A stretch of DNA of 64,000 bases from Candidatus Kapaibacterium sp. (GTDB taxonomy: Bacteria > Bacteroidota > Ignavibacteria > Kapaibacteriales > UBA2268): assembly GCA_938031175.1 (NCBI GenBank), contig CALHGZ010000004.1:67635-131634 (forward strand). The letters are read 5' to 3'. Numbering within the stretch: position 1 is the stretch's first letter; every line of letters starts with the position of its first letter. A program made the position numbers and the translations under genes. The notes under the pieces are model-generated. The model saw only the letters and a program-made list of their open reading frames with translations. It was not told where the DNA came from and made no database searches. This document shows positions 20,212 through 30,377 of this stretch, piece by piece.

Positions 20212-21396
20212 ATGAATGACGATTCCTATGGTATGGGTACAAAATGTGTACATTCAGGTATCAAAGATGATCCGACAGGTGCAGTAGTAACACCAATATA
20301 CCAGACTTCGACTTTTAAATTTCGTGATACTGAACACGGAGCACGTCTTTTCAAAGGTGAGGAGCAAGGATATATTTATACTCGGATGCGTAATCCAACG
20401 ATTGAAGCAATGGAAGATGCTATTGCCAATTTAGAGGGTGGAGCAAAAGCAATTGGATGCGCCAGTGGAATGGCTGCTATTAACTTGCTTTTTAGTTCTA
20501 CTCTTACTGCTGGTGATCATATCATTTGTAGCGAAGCAGTTTATGGTCCAACTATTTCAATTTTACAAACTCTTTTCGCTAAATATGGAGTAGAAGTATC
20601 TATAATTGATACATCAGATGTATCATTAGTCAAATCAGCAATAAGAAATAATACGAAATTAATCTTTATAGAAACACCAGGAAATCCAAGTCTTATCATA
20701 AGCGATATTCAGGCGATTTCAGAAATTGCCAGTTCTATCAATGCAAAGTTAGCTGTTGACAATACATTTATGAGCCCAATTTTGCAACAACCTTTCAAAT
20801 TTGGAGCTGATTATGTCATTCATAGTTTGACAAAATTTCTTAATGGACATGCTGATGTCATAGGCGGTGTAGTTGTTTTAAAAAAAGAATCGGAATACAT
20901 TCATTTTAGAAAAATGTCGAATTTAATAGGTGGAGTTATAGATCCATTTAATGCATTTTTGGTTCATCGTGGTATCAAGACATTGCATATACGCATGCAA
21001 AGACATTGCGAAAATGCTGAAAAAATTAGTACTTATTTAAAAAATAATCCAAAAGTAATTTGGGTTCATTATCCTGGAGATAAGAATCATCCGCAATATG
21101 AAATCGCACGAAAACAAATGACTGGTTTTGGTGGTATGATAGCATTTGAGTTAAAAGGTGGTCTGGAAGCCGGCAAGAAATTGATGGATAATGTTAAAGT
21201 TTGGCAGTTGGCTGTCAGCTTAGGTGGAGTGGAAAGTTTAATTCAGCATCCTGCTACAATGACACATGCAAGCGTTCCAAAAGAGCTGAGAGAAAAGGCA
21301 AAAATCACTGACGGACTTGTACGATTATCTGTAGGAATAGAAGATGCTGATGATTTAATTAATGGTTTAGAATCAGGATTTAGACACATTACCTGA
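20212..21396 (+). CDS. megL: PLP trans-sulfuration enzyme, methionine gamma-lyase-like
   Basis: PIYQTSTF, GYIYTRMRNPT, HSLTKFLNGHAD (PLP Lys), AVSLGGVESLIQHPATMTH; exact specificity uncertain (YGP rather than YGC). Confidence 0.8.
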   Translation: MNDDSYGMGTKCVHSGIKDDPTGAVVTPIYQTSTFKFRDTEHGARLFKGEEQGYIYTRMRNPTIEAMEDAIANLEGGAKAIGCASGMAAINLLFSSTLTAGDHIICSEAVYGPTISILQTLFAKYGVEVSIIDTSDVSLVKSAIRNNTKLIFIETPGNPSLIISDIQAISEIASSINAKLAVDNTFMSPILQQPFKFGADYVIHSLTKFLNGHADVIGGVVVLKKESEYIHFRKMSNLIGGVIDPFNAFLVHRGIKTLHIRMQRHCENAEKISTYLKNNPKVIWVHYPGDKNHPQYEIARKQMTGFGGMIAFELKGGLEAGKKLMDNVKVWQLAVSLGGVESLIQHPATMTHASVPKELREKAKITDGLVRLSVGIEDADDLINGLESGFRHIT

Positions 21397-21683
21397 AATC
21401 AAAGTTCAAAATTTATAATGTTACTACAAATTTTAAGTTCACATATTTAAAAGTATAATTGTTGAGGATTTTAATTCATCATTATTTAGCTATTAAAAAT
21501 TATATATTTAAAAGGCAAGCACATCAGATATGTCCTCTTAATTTAATTTTTCTTTGGATAATTCACTATTAGTTTGAAATTGTATATTGAAAAAGCAATA
21601 CAATTAATACGTGTTTTTTGGTATTGCTATCATAGTTTGTTAAACTTAATTTTGCTATATGCAGTTTTATTTAGAGTCATGAA

Positions 21684-23057
21684 ATGAGACGAATATTTGC
21701 AACAATATCAAATTACAGTTTTTATTTATTATTTTTGTTAGCGATAATACTTATATCCTGCGAGAATACAGGTCCGGTTGATAATGAAATTGAAGAACTT
21801 AGTCGGGAATTGACTAAACTTTTAATTCAGGAATCTGATGGTAAAGGTTTAATTTTTTTTACTATGCCAAATTCTGATGAATATTCTAAGATACCTCAAG
21901 ACCCTAAAAATCCGATTACTAAAGAAAAAGTCGAACTTGGTAAACAATTGTTTCATGAAACCTGCATATCGGTAAAAGTAAAAAATTCAAAGACAATGAT
22001 GCATTCTTCATGTGCAAGTTGTCATCATTTTCAAGGTGGATTTCAAGCGAATCTACCCCAAGGTATTGGTGTTGGTGGGATTGGTTTTGGCAAGCGTGGG
22101 GAAGGTAGAACAATAGATCCTGAAATTAATATTGATGAAGTTGATATTCAACCAATACGAACACCATCAGCAATGAATGTTGCCTGGCAGAGAAATATGT
22201 TATGGAACGGACAATTTGGTGCTACTGGATTAAATGTTGGTACTGAATATGCTTGGGTTGTTGGAACACCTAAAGAATTTAATAAACTAGGATATGAGGG
22301 TATAGAAACACAAGCGATTGCAGGTCAATCGGTTCATTTTATGAAAATTGAAGAATCAATGATAATAGCCCATCCTCAGTATATTAAAATGTTTAAAGAA
22401 GCTTTTCCTAATGACCCTGAAAAGACACTGGTGAACAGAATAAATATGGGATTGGCAATTGCGGCTTACGAGAGAACTCTAATGGCGAATCAATCTCCGT
22501 TTCAAATTTGGTTAAAAGGAAATAAATTTGCAATGACTAAGGAAGAATTAAGAGGTGCAATATTATTCTTTGGTAAAGCTAAATGTGTAAAATGTCATAC
22601 TGGACCTGCCCTAAATTCAGAGAACTTCTATGCTCTTGGACTTAAAGATCTTGAGGGACCTGGTGTATATGGCACTGTAAAAGGGCGTCCTGAAACAAAA
22701 GGTAGAGGCGGTTTTACTGGTAAGGCTGAAGATATGTATAAATTTAAAGTCCCACAATTATATAATCTCAAGGATTCTCCATTTCTGGGACATGGCAGTT
22801 CGATTCGTTCAATCAGGGATTTTGTCAAATATATGAATGAAGCAATTCCAGAAAATAATGAGGTTCCCAAGGGACAACTTGCAAATGAGTTTGTTCCTCT
22901 TGGATTGACTGAACGAGAAATTGATTACCTAACTGTCTTCATTGAAAATGCTCTTTATGACAATAATTTACAGAGATATGTGCCGTCAGTTTTACTCTCA
23001 GGATTTTGTTTTCCGAATAATGACTACCAATCACAAAGAGATTTAGGATGCAGATAA
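21684..23057 (+). CDS. Di-heme cytochrome c peroxidase / MauG family lipoprotein
   Basis: NPITKEKVELGKQLF, CASCH and CVKCH heme motifs, RTPS..N, FKVPQLYN; lipobox LISC. Confidence 0.88.
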   Translation: MRRIFATISNYSFYLLFLLAIILISCENTGPVDNEIEELSRELTKLLIQESDGKGLIFFTMPNSDEYSKIPQDPKNPITKEKVELGKQLFHETCISVKVKNSKTMMHSSCASCHHFQGGFQANLPQGIGVGGIGFGKRGEGRTIDPEINIDEVDIQPIRTPSAMNVAWQRNMLWNGQFGATGLNVGTEYAWVVGTPKEFNKLGYEGIETQAIAGQSVHFMKIEESMIIAHPQYIKMFKEAFPNDPEKTLVNRINMGLAIAAYERTLMANQSPFQIWLKGNKFAMTKEELRGAILFFGKAKCVKCHTGPALNSENFYALGLKDLEGPGVYGTVKGRPETKGRGGFTGKAEDMYKFKVPQLYNLKDSPFLGHGSSIRSIRDFVKYMNEAIPENNEVPKGQLANEFVPLGLTEREIDYLTVFIENALYDNNLQRYVPSVLLSGFCFPNNDYQSQRDLGCR

Positions 23058-23058
23058 G

Positions 23059-23913
23059 TTATTTCCAGAACTCTAAGTAATCTATGACAAATTTATCAAA
23101 ATTTATTGGTTCTCTGCCGAGGATTGATTTTACATCGTTTGTAATTATTTCTGTATATCCTTGCTTTACAAAATTATATAGTTCTATCATTGTTTCGGTC
23201 ATTTCATTCGTATAACCAATTTTTGTAAATAAATCCCTTGCTTCCTCATCAGTAAGTGCGTGGTATTGAACATCTTTACCAAGAGCATCGGAAATCTTTT
23301 TGGCAACTTCAAAATGACTCAAAGCTTCAGGACCAGTAAGTGTATAGGCTTTATTAATGTGTCGTTCATCCAATAATGCTTCATAGGCGCATTCTGAGAT
23401 ATCACGTGTATCTATAAAGCTTGTTTTAGAATTGCCTGCAGGTAGATAGATTCCACCTAGATTTTTTATTGCAGCACCGTGGAATTTGACAAAATTTTGC
23501 ATAAACCAGTTTGGACGAAGAAAAGTATAATTAAATCCGCTTTCTTCAATATGCTTTTCCATTTGACGTAGTGGTGCATCTTCATTATGTTCAACTCCCA
23601 TTGCTGTCATAAAAACGATATGTTTGGTACCATTCGATTTAGCTTTATCTAAAAATGATTTGAAATTTTGAATAAAATCATAGGTGTAGTTTGGAAGTAT
23701 AGTGAAAATTTTTTCGATATTTTCGAGTGCATCCGTATGAGTTTCTGGTTTTTCAAAATCGAGGACAACGGTATCTAATCCATCCCATCCGAGTTCTTTT
23801 GCTTTGTCTAAATTGCGAAGGGCGATCCGGAAATCCTGGTTTGTTTCTTTAAGTATGTTGACTAAAACTGATGAAACCGTGCCTGAAGCTGCTGTAACCA
23901 AAATTTTACCCAT
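23059..23913 (-). CDS. NmrA-like NAD(P)H-binding oxidoreductase (atypical SDR)
   Basis: ILVTAASGTVS, TFLRPNWFMQN, SFIDTRDI, YTLTGPEALS. Confidence 0.87.
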   Translation of the reverse strand: MGKILVTAASGTVSSVLVNILKETNQDFRIALRNLDKAKELGWDGLDTVVLDFEKPETHTDALENIEKIFTILPNYTYDFIQNFKSFLDKAKSNGTKHIVFMTAMGVEHNEDAPLRQMEKHIEESGFNYTFLRPNWFMQNFVKFHGAAIKNLGGIYLPAGNSKTSFIDTRDISECAYEALLDERHINKAYTLTGPEALSHFEVAKKISDALGKDVQYHALTDEEARDLFTKIGYTNEMTETMIELYNFVKQGYTEIITNDVKSILGREPINFDKFVIDYLEFWK

Positions 23914-24070
23914 AATGAAATTCCTTAATTTTTGGGAAATGTTAATGTTAATTTTAGGTTTTGATTTTTTAATTAATTAAATTTAGTTTCTAAAATTAAT
24001 AAAAAAAAATAATTCAATCCAAACGATTTATATTAATTCGCGAAACAGATATTTAAAATAAAATAATGGT

Positions 24071-26431
24071 ATGATAAAATTTTTAAGAAAAGTTGAAATT
24101 ATTTTTTTTCTGTTAGTTTACTTGCCGATAAATTTAATATGCCAGAATGAAGCTAATAATTGGGTATTTGGGAATGGTTGCGGTGTTTCATTTAATCAAA
24201 CACCACCAGTTACTTTCTACAATTCAATTAATTCAATTGAAGGTTGTGCTTCAATATCCGATAGTGACGGGAATTTGATTTTTTATACTGATGGTGTTCG
24301 TATTTGGGATAGAAATAACAATTTAATGAATAATGGCAAGGATTTATCTGGGCATACATCAGCTACTCAAAGTGCTTTAATAATTCCAAAACCACTTAAA
24401 ACAAATGAATATTATATTCTTACTCTTGAGGCTTTAGAAAGCGAAAATATTAGATTGCATTATTCAATAGTTGACATAAATTTAAACAATGGATATGGTG
24501 ATGTAATAGTCAAAAACCATTATTTGACGGACAATTTAACAGAAAAACTTTGTGGTACGAGACACTCCAATGGTTTGTATTACTGGTTTGTTGTACATAA
24601 GTGGGAAAGCAATGAATTTCACTCTTATCTTTTAACCAGAGATGGTATAAATTTAACTCCTATAATAAGTAAAATTGGTAGCTTCCATAATGGGTCGATG
24701 TTAAATAAGCTCGGATATATGAAAATTTCGCCGAATGGTGAAAAATTAGCTTTAGCGGTTTTTGACGATAGCTTTGTCGAAATTTTTGATTTTGATAAAT
24801 CAAGCGGGAGAATACTAAATCCTGTCAAAATTCAAATGAATGGGTTAAAAGGAATTTATGGAATTGAATTTTCTCCAGATTCAAAAATGCTTTATGTTTC
24901 AACTTCCCTTACTCCATCGGCAATTTTCCAACTTGATTTAAGCACTTACCAAGAGAATGCAATTAAGAATTCGATTAAGAAAATAAGTTTTGATGTTAAC
25001 TTTCTTTTTGGAGCATTGCAATTAGCACCTGATGGGAAAATTTATGTAGCTAACAAACTTCGCCAATACTTGAGTGCAATAGATATACCAGACTCTTTGA
25101 ATTGTAGCTTTACATTGAATGCACTTTTTTTGGGTAATAATTGTCAATTAGGTTTACCAGCCTTTGTATCGAATATATTCCAAAAAGTTTCTTTAACTGC
25201 CAATAGCCCATTATGTATTGGAGATACTTTATTTCTTAATTGCCTTAACTGTGAAAATTACCAATTGCAATGGATTGGACCAGATAATTTCAATTCTAAT
25301 GATAAAAATCCTATAATAATTAATTTTAACGAAAAAAATGTTGGTATGTACTATCTAAAGCTCATAAGCAATGATGGCAAAGAAATAATTCTAAGCATCA
25401 ATGTTGAGCTTTATAATTTCGAGGTGACAATAACCGATAATAGTTCCTTGGATTTGAACAAAGTTTGTCTTGGGATGGAGAAAAGTAAAATAATTCAAAT
25501 AAAAAATGACAGCAAATTCAATATTGTAATAGACAAAATCAGATTAAAAAATGCTAATAATTATTTTTTGATTGATAATCCCAATGAAATAAGTTTAAAT
25601 GCCTTTGAAAAATTCGATTTGAATGTTACTTTTAAACCATTGAGTATTGGTAAAGTAAAGGATACCTTAATTATTTCAGTTGAATCACCCTGCAAGGAAA
25701 TTTATGAATTCGAGGTCTTGGGCGAGGGCCTTGACTCAAAGTCTTATATAAGAATTCCGAACAATTATTATTACTCAATAGGAACAAAAGACACTTGTTT
25801 ACAAATATTTGCAAATTTAAATTGTTTGGAAGATATATTCAATGATGTTGATTACGAAATTACAGTTGCTCTCAATCCTTACGTTTTTTTAATCAAATCA
25901 ATCCAAGAATCTGAATTAATTGAAAATACAATCATAAATGGCGTCCAGTACATAAAAATTAAAGGTACGGTCAAACAAATTGATTCTAATGAGAGAGTAA
26001 TCGCATATCTATGCGGAGATGCATTATTAGGCAATAACGACACGACTTCGGTATTTATAGAGGAGTTTAAATGGTCGAACGAATTTATCGATAAAATTAC
26101 AATAAATGGCTTTATAAGAGTTGGAGATATTTGCCAATCCAATCTTAGACTAATTAAAAAAATTAAAGAAAGTGAAATAATCATCCTAAGTAATATAGTT
26201 AACTACAACTTGAACTTGTTATTAAAATCAGAACAATCAAATGATTTTTTTGTCCGAATTTATGATGTAAATACAAATATCGTTTTTTCGGATAAGATTT
26301 CCCAGTCGCACTCAGATCCTGAATATACTTTAATATCACTACCTACAGCCAATTTATCCAACGGAATATATTTTTTAACTATTCAGACTGCAAATAATCT
26401 TATAAGTGAGAGATTTATCATTTTGAAATAA
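24071..26431 (+). CDS. Secreted beta-propeller + Ig-like protein with T9SS-type C-terminal domain
   Basis: NNWVFGNG, EGCASISD.DGNLIFYTDG, SPNGEKLA, GIEFSPD, ALQLAPDGKIY; C-terminus LSNGIYFL...RFIILK. Confidence 0.8.
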   Translation: MIKFLRKVEIIFFLLVYLPINLICQNEANNWVFGNGCGVSFNQTPPVTFYNSINSIEGCASISDSDGNLIFYTDGVRIWDRNNNLMNNGKDLSGHTSATQSALIIPKPLKTNEYYILTLEALESENIRLHYSIVDINLNNGYGDVIVKNHYLTDNLTEKLCGTRHSNGLYYWFVVHKWESNEFHSYLLTRDGINLTPIISKIGSFHNGSMLNKLGYMKISPNGEKLALAVFDDSFVEIFDFDKSSGRILNPVKIQMNGLKGIYGIEFSPDSKMLYVSTSLTPSAIFQLDLSTYQENAIKNSIKKISFDVNFLFGALQLAPDGKIYVANKLRQYLSAIDIPDSLNCSFTLNALFLGNNCQLGLPAFVSNIFQKVSLTANSPLCIGDTLFLNCLNCENYQLQWIGPDNFNSNDKNPIIINFNEKNVGMYYLKLISNDGKEIILSINVELYNFEVTITDNSSLDLNKVCLGMEKSKIIQIKNDSKFNIVIDKIRLKNANNYFLIDNPNEISLNAFEKFDLNVTFKPLSIGKVKDTLIISVESPCKEIYEFEVLGEGLDSKSYIRIPNNYYYSIGTKDTCLQIFANLNCLEDIFNDVDYEITVALNPYVFLIKSIQESELIENTIINGVQYIKIKGTVKQIDSNERVIAYLCGDALLGNNDTTSVFIEEFKWSNEFIDKITINGFIRVGDICQSNLRLIKKIKESEIIILSNIVNYNLNLLLKSEQSNDFFVRIYDVNTNIVFSDKISQSHSDPEYTLISLPTANLSNGIYFLTIQTANNLISERFIILK

Positions 26432-26519
26432 ATCATAACCCTTCATTGTGACTTATAATGATTATTTCAATTAATTTTTTTAATTTGCTCATTATAAAGC
26501 AACACAATAAGGTGCAAAC

Positions 26520-27149
26520 ATGAGAATATTAATTTTATCTTTTATATTAATTACAATACATTCCCAAATTTATGCACTACAAGAGGGATATATACAAACT
26601 GCATATAATGCAATTTTAGAAAAGAATTATAAAAAAGCAGTTGAAAATTATACAAAAGTAATTGAGAATCAGCCTGATTATGCACCTGCATATTATGGAC
26701 GTGGTCTTGCATATTATTACATGGATAATCTTAACCAATCTCAGAAAGATTTTTTAAAAGCTATTCAAATTGACAAAAATTATTATGAAGCATATTATGG
26801 TCTTGGAATACTCAATGCAAAGCAAGGAGAATATCAAAATGCAATAAATAATTTCAATCGTGCAATTGAAATAAATAAAAACTACGCCCCAGCTATCTAT
26901 GCACGTGGTAATGCCTACTATTCAATAAATGAATTAGATAAAGCAATTGGTGATTATAACAAAGCTATTGAAATTGATCCTAATTATGGGTTGGCTTATT
27001 ATGGCAGAGCAATTATACATAAAATACAAGATAGACAATCTTTAGCATTACAGGATTTTGATAAATATCTCGAATTAAATGGCAATCGGGATGGTCTAGC
27101 TGATGAAGTTCAGAGATTGATAAAAGAAATAAAGGAAAGTAAAAGATAA
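26520..27149 (+). CDS. Exported TPR-repeat protein
   Basis: About 5 TPRs (AYYGRG...AI..P.Y); signal peptide. Confidence 0.9.
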   Translation: MRILILSFILITIHSQIYALQEGYIQTAYNAILEKNYKKAVENYTKVIENQPDYAPAYYGRGLAYYYMDNLNQSQKDFLKAIQIDKNYYEAYYGLGILNAKQGEYQNAINNFNRAIEINKNYAPAIYARGNAYYSINELDKAIGDYNKAIEIDPNYGLAYYGRAIIHKIQDRQSLALQDFDKYLELNGNRDGLADEVQRLIKEIKESKR

Positions 27150-27163
27150 AATTTATTCAATTT

Positions 27164-28861
27164 ATGGATTGTTTTATGCCTGTGAGAATTTGCTTTGTTA
27201 TTTTATTGATTAACTTTTACAATACTTTTTCCCAAGAATTTGGTGGTCGCCTCTCTGGAAATTTTCAAATAGATGCACAATCATACAGTCTGGATTCGAG
27301 TATTGGCGCCGTGGATATACCTAAAGAAAAAATAATGTCCAACAGTTTTTTCAACCTACTTTACAATCTTCAGAATTTTGAAATTGGTCTTCGTTATGAG
27401 GCATATCATAATCCAATTCTTGGATTTGATACAAGGTATGCTGGAAATGGGATTCCATACAGATATTTGACTTATCGTTCAGAATTATTTGATATTACAG
27501 CCGGAGATTTTTACGAGCAATTCGGCAGCGGATTAATTTTCCGAGCTTATGAAGAAAGGCAACTTGGATTTGACAATGCTGTAGATGGTTTGCGATTAAA
27601 GTTGCGTCCAACGGAAGCTATTGATTTGGTTTTGCTAATTGGTAAACAGAGAAATTTCTGGTCTAAAGGTGAAGGAATAGTTAGGGGAGCAAGTGTCAAT
27701 TTTATACTCAATTCTTTTCTAGATTTCTTATCCGAAGATGCTTTAATAAATGTAGGTGGAAGTCTAATTAGTAAATATGAACCTGATTTTTCAACAACAT
27801 ATAAGTTACCTGAAAATGTTTTGGCTTATGCTATTGATTTTAGTTTAAATGGTAGTTTTTATTCTTTAACGAGTGAATGGGCTTTTAAAATAAATGACCC
27901 TAATGCTACGAATAATTTTAATTATAATCCGGGTACGGGATTAATTTTAAATGCTACATATTTTGAAGAAGGAATTGGTGTAGCATTTAATTTTCATAGA
28001 GTTGATAATATGGATTTCCGAAGTAAAAGAACTGCTATTGGAAATGAATTGAATTTAAGTTTTATACCCCCTCTTACGAAACAACAAATGTATCGATTTG
28101 GAACGCTTTATCCTTATGCTTCACAAGCTAATGGAGAAATCGGTTATCAATTTGAGCTTAATTATAATATACCTCCTCATAGTCTTTTAGGTGGAGATTA
28201 TGGTATGGATATATCTTTGAATCATTCTTCAATTTTTTCACTCGATACAACACATACTGAAATTGATACAATTACAGGTTTTGCCTTTCGTTACGACTCA
28301 CCTTTTTGGGCTGCCGGTGATGCTGTTTTTTACAGAGATTTTAATGTTGAATTAATTAGAAGATGGAGCGATAAATTTAAAACAACTTTTAATTATGTAA
28401 ATTTTAAATATAACAGAGATGTTCTTGAAAATGAAGGACAGCCTTTTTATGGAATAGTTAACGGGAATATATTTATTGGGGACTTTTTGTATCAAATTTC
28501 CGAAAAACACTCGTTGCGATTTGAAATTGAGTATCTTACGACAAAACAAGATTCTTTATTTAAAGATAAAGATTTTAGCTATGGAAATTGGCTTATGATC
28601 TTAATAGAGTATTCCATAGCACCAAATTTTTTCATTTCTTTTTGGGATGAGTATAATTATTTTGACGAAACCGGAAGAAATGGAGAGCAAGTAAGTCGAA
28701 GTCTGCACTATTTGAATGGATTATTCGCCTTTATTACTGGTACAACTCGGATTAGCATAGGTTACGGTCGTCAAAGAGGTGGCTTAATTTGTGTTGGTGG
28801 TGTATGCCGACAAGTGCCTTCATCAAATGGATTTAATTTATCAATCAGTTCATCATTTTAA
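27164..28861 (+). CDS. DUF6029-family outer-membrane beta-barrel protein
   Basis: GDFYEQFGSGLIFRAYEERQLGFDNA; C-terminal GYGRQRGGLICVGGVCRQVP..NG..LSISSSF with terminal Phe. Confidence 0.8.
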   Translation: MDCFMPVRICFVILLINFYNTFSQEFGGRLSGNFQIDAQSYSLDSSIGAVDIPKEKIMSNSFFNLLYNLQNFEIGLRYEAYHNPILGFDTRYAGNGIPYRYLTYRSELFDITAGDFYEQFGSGLIFRAYEERQLGFDNAVDGLRLKLRPTEAIDLVLLIGKQRNFWSKGEGIVRGASVNFILNSFLDFLSEDALINVGGSLISKYEPDFSTTYKLPENVLAYAIDFSLNGSFYSLTSEWAFKINDPNATNNFNYNPGTGLILNATYFEEGIGVAFNFHRVDNMDFRSKRTAIGNELNLSFIPPLTKQQMYRFGTLYPYASQANGEIGYQFELNYNIPPHSLLGGDYGMDISLNHSSIFSLDTTHTEIDTITGFAFRYDSPFWAAGDAVFYRDFNVELIRRWSDKFKTTFNYVNFKYNRDVLENEGQPFYGIVNGNIFIGDFLYQISEKHSLRFEIEYLTTKQDSLFKDKDFSYGNWLMILIEYSIAPNFFISFWDEYNYFDETGRNGEQVSRSLHYLNGLFAFITGTTRISIGYGRQRGGLICVGGVCRQVPSSNGFNLSISSSF

Positions 28862-28869
28862 GGTATAAA

Positions 28870-29736
28870 ATGTTTCGATTCAAATATATTGCTTTTATCC
28901 TAACAATGATCACAATAGCTTTAAATTCTTGTGATGTAATTGAACCACCATATAGAAAAGACAGTCAATCTGGAAATAGCCAACCTAAGGAGATTAAACA
29001 AGGTATTTTAATTGAAGATTTTACAGGACATACTTGTGTGAACTGCCCTGATGCTCATAGGATTGCAAAATCAATTTATGATAAATATCCAGATCAAGTA
29101 GTTATTCTCTCAATTCACGTTGGCAGCTTTGCCGAACCAACTAAAGATCATCCATACGATTTTAGAACATCAGTTGGTAATACAATAGGAGATTTTTTTA
29201 ATGCCACTAATGCACCGTTACCTGTCGGTATGATTAATAGAATTATGAAAGGTAATACAAGACTTATTCAAAGGTTTGATTGGGAATCCGAGGTAGAAAA
29301 ACTCATTAATTATGTTCCAGCTATGAAAATAAAAATTTCACCTAAGTTTAATGCAGAAATTAATGAGATCACTGTTGATACAGAAGTCGAATATTTTAGA
29401 AATAGCCCCCCAAATCATCGATTAATATTGTTTATTGCCGAAGATAGCATAGTTTCTTTTCAGAAAGGCAAACCCGATAAAGAGGATTATGTGCATAACC
29501 ACGTTCTACGTGCATCTATAACTAATCCCTGGGGGGAAATAATTAGCAATCAAGAGATTAAACAGGGTGCAATATTCAAAAGACAATTCAAATATATTAT
29601 TCCTCCGGAGCACTCAACTAAAGGGCTGATGTATTATTGGAGACCAGAAAAATTAAATATTATAGCAATAATACATGATTATGAAGCTTCATATAATGTA
29701 TTAAATGTTACCGAAAAAGCTCTTATTATCGATTAG
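28870..29736 (+). CDS. Omp28-family lipoprotein (thioredoxin-like CxxC)
   Basis: Lipobox LNSC; LIEDFTGHTCVNCP; P.GMINR; YVHNHVLR. Confidence 0.85.
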   Translation: MFRFKYIAFILTMITIALNSCDVIEPPYRKDSQSGNSQPKEIKQGILIEDFTGHTCVNCPDAHRIAKSIYDKYPDQVVILSIHVGSFAEPTKDHPYDFRTSVGNTIGDFFNATNAPLPVGMINRIMKGNTRLIQRFDWESEVEKLINYVPAMKIKISPKFNAEINEITVDTEVEYFRNSPPNHRLILFIAEDSIVSFQKGKPDKEDYVHNHVLRASITNPWGEIISNQEIKQGAIFKRQFKYIIPPEHSTKGLMYYWRPEKLNIIAIIHDYEASYNVLNVTEKALIID

Positions 29737-29739
29737 GCA

Positions 29740-30099
29740 ATGAATTCTAACTCTCACATATATACTAAATTTTGTCAATGTTGTAATAATCCAATCTCTG
29801 AAAATGATTTGGAATGTCCTTTCTGTGGTTGCGAAGTTGATATTGATGAGGAATTTTATTCAAATTACCCTTGGGCTTTAGTATATACTACTAATACTTT
29901 AATCGAAGCAGAAATGTATAAAGCAAATTTGGAAGGAGCTGGAATACCTGTTAATATATTATCGCAGGTGGATACCTCAAGAATGTTTACTGTGGGTGGA
30001 TTGGCAATTGTAAAAATTTATGTAAAAAGCCCTTTTGTAACATTAGCCGAGCAGATTATCAAGGAAATTAATTCGTCAGTTAATCACAATTCAAATTAG
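29740..30099 (+). CDS. Zinc-ribbon + DUF2007-like protein
   Basis: CQCC...CPFC ribbon; W..VY.....EAEM.K..LE.AGIP...VKIYV....A pattern. Confidence 0.7.
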   Translation: MNSNSHIYTKFCQCCNNPISENDLECPFCGCEVDIDEEFYSNYPWALVYTTNTLIEAEMYKANLEGAGIPVNILSQVDTSRMFTVGGLAIVKIYVKSPFVTLAEQIIKEINSSVNHNSN

Positions 30100-30115
30100 A
30101 AATAATAGGTGTATA

Positions 30116-30361
30116 ATGAATACTAATGATTCAGTTTTATTTGAAAATGTTAAACAAGTGATCGATAAAGAAATCAAGCCTTTTATAGAAGCTGATGGTG
30201 GTATGATAAATCTTCGGAATGTTCAAGCTGGTGTTGTATATGTGCAATTGTCTGGTGCTTGTGCGGGATGTCCCGGTGCAGCGATGACTTTGAAAGGTGG
30301 AGTTGAACATATTTTAAAGATGAGAATTCCCGATGTAAAATCTGTTGAGCTTGCTTATTGA
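30116..30361 (+). CDS. NifU/NfuA C-terminal domain Fe-S carrier
   Basis: IKPFIEADGG, LSGACAGCP.A.MTLKGGVE. Confidence 0.92.
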   Translation: MNTNDSVLFENVKQVIDKEIKPFIEADGGMINLRNVQAGVVYVQLSGACAGCPGAAMTLKGGVEHILKMRIPDVKSVELAY

Positions 30362-30377
30362 TATAATTATTTAACAA

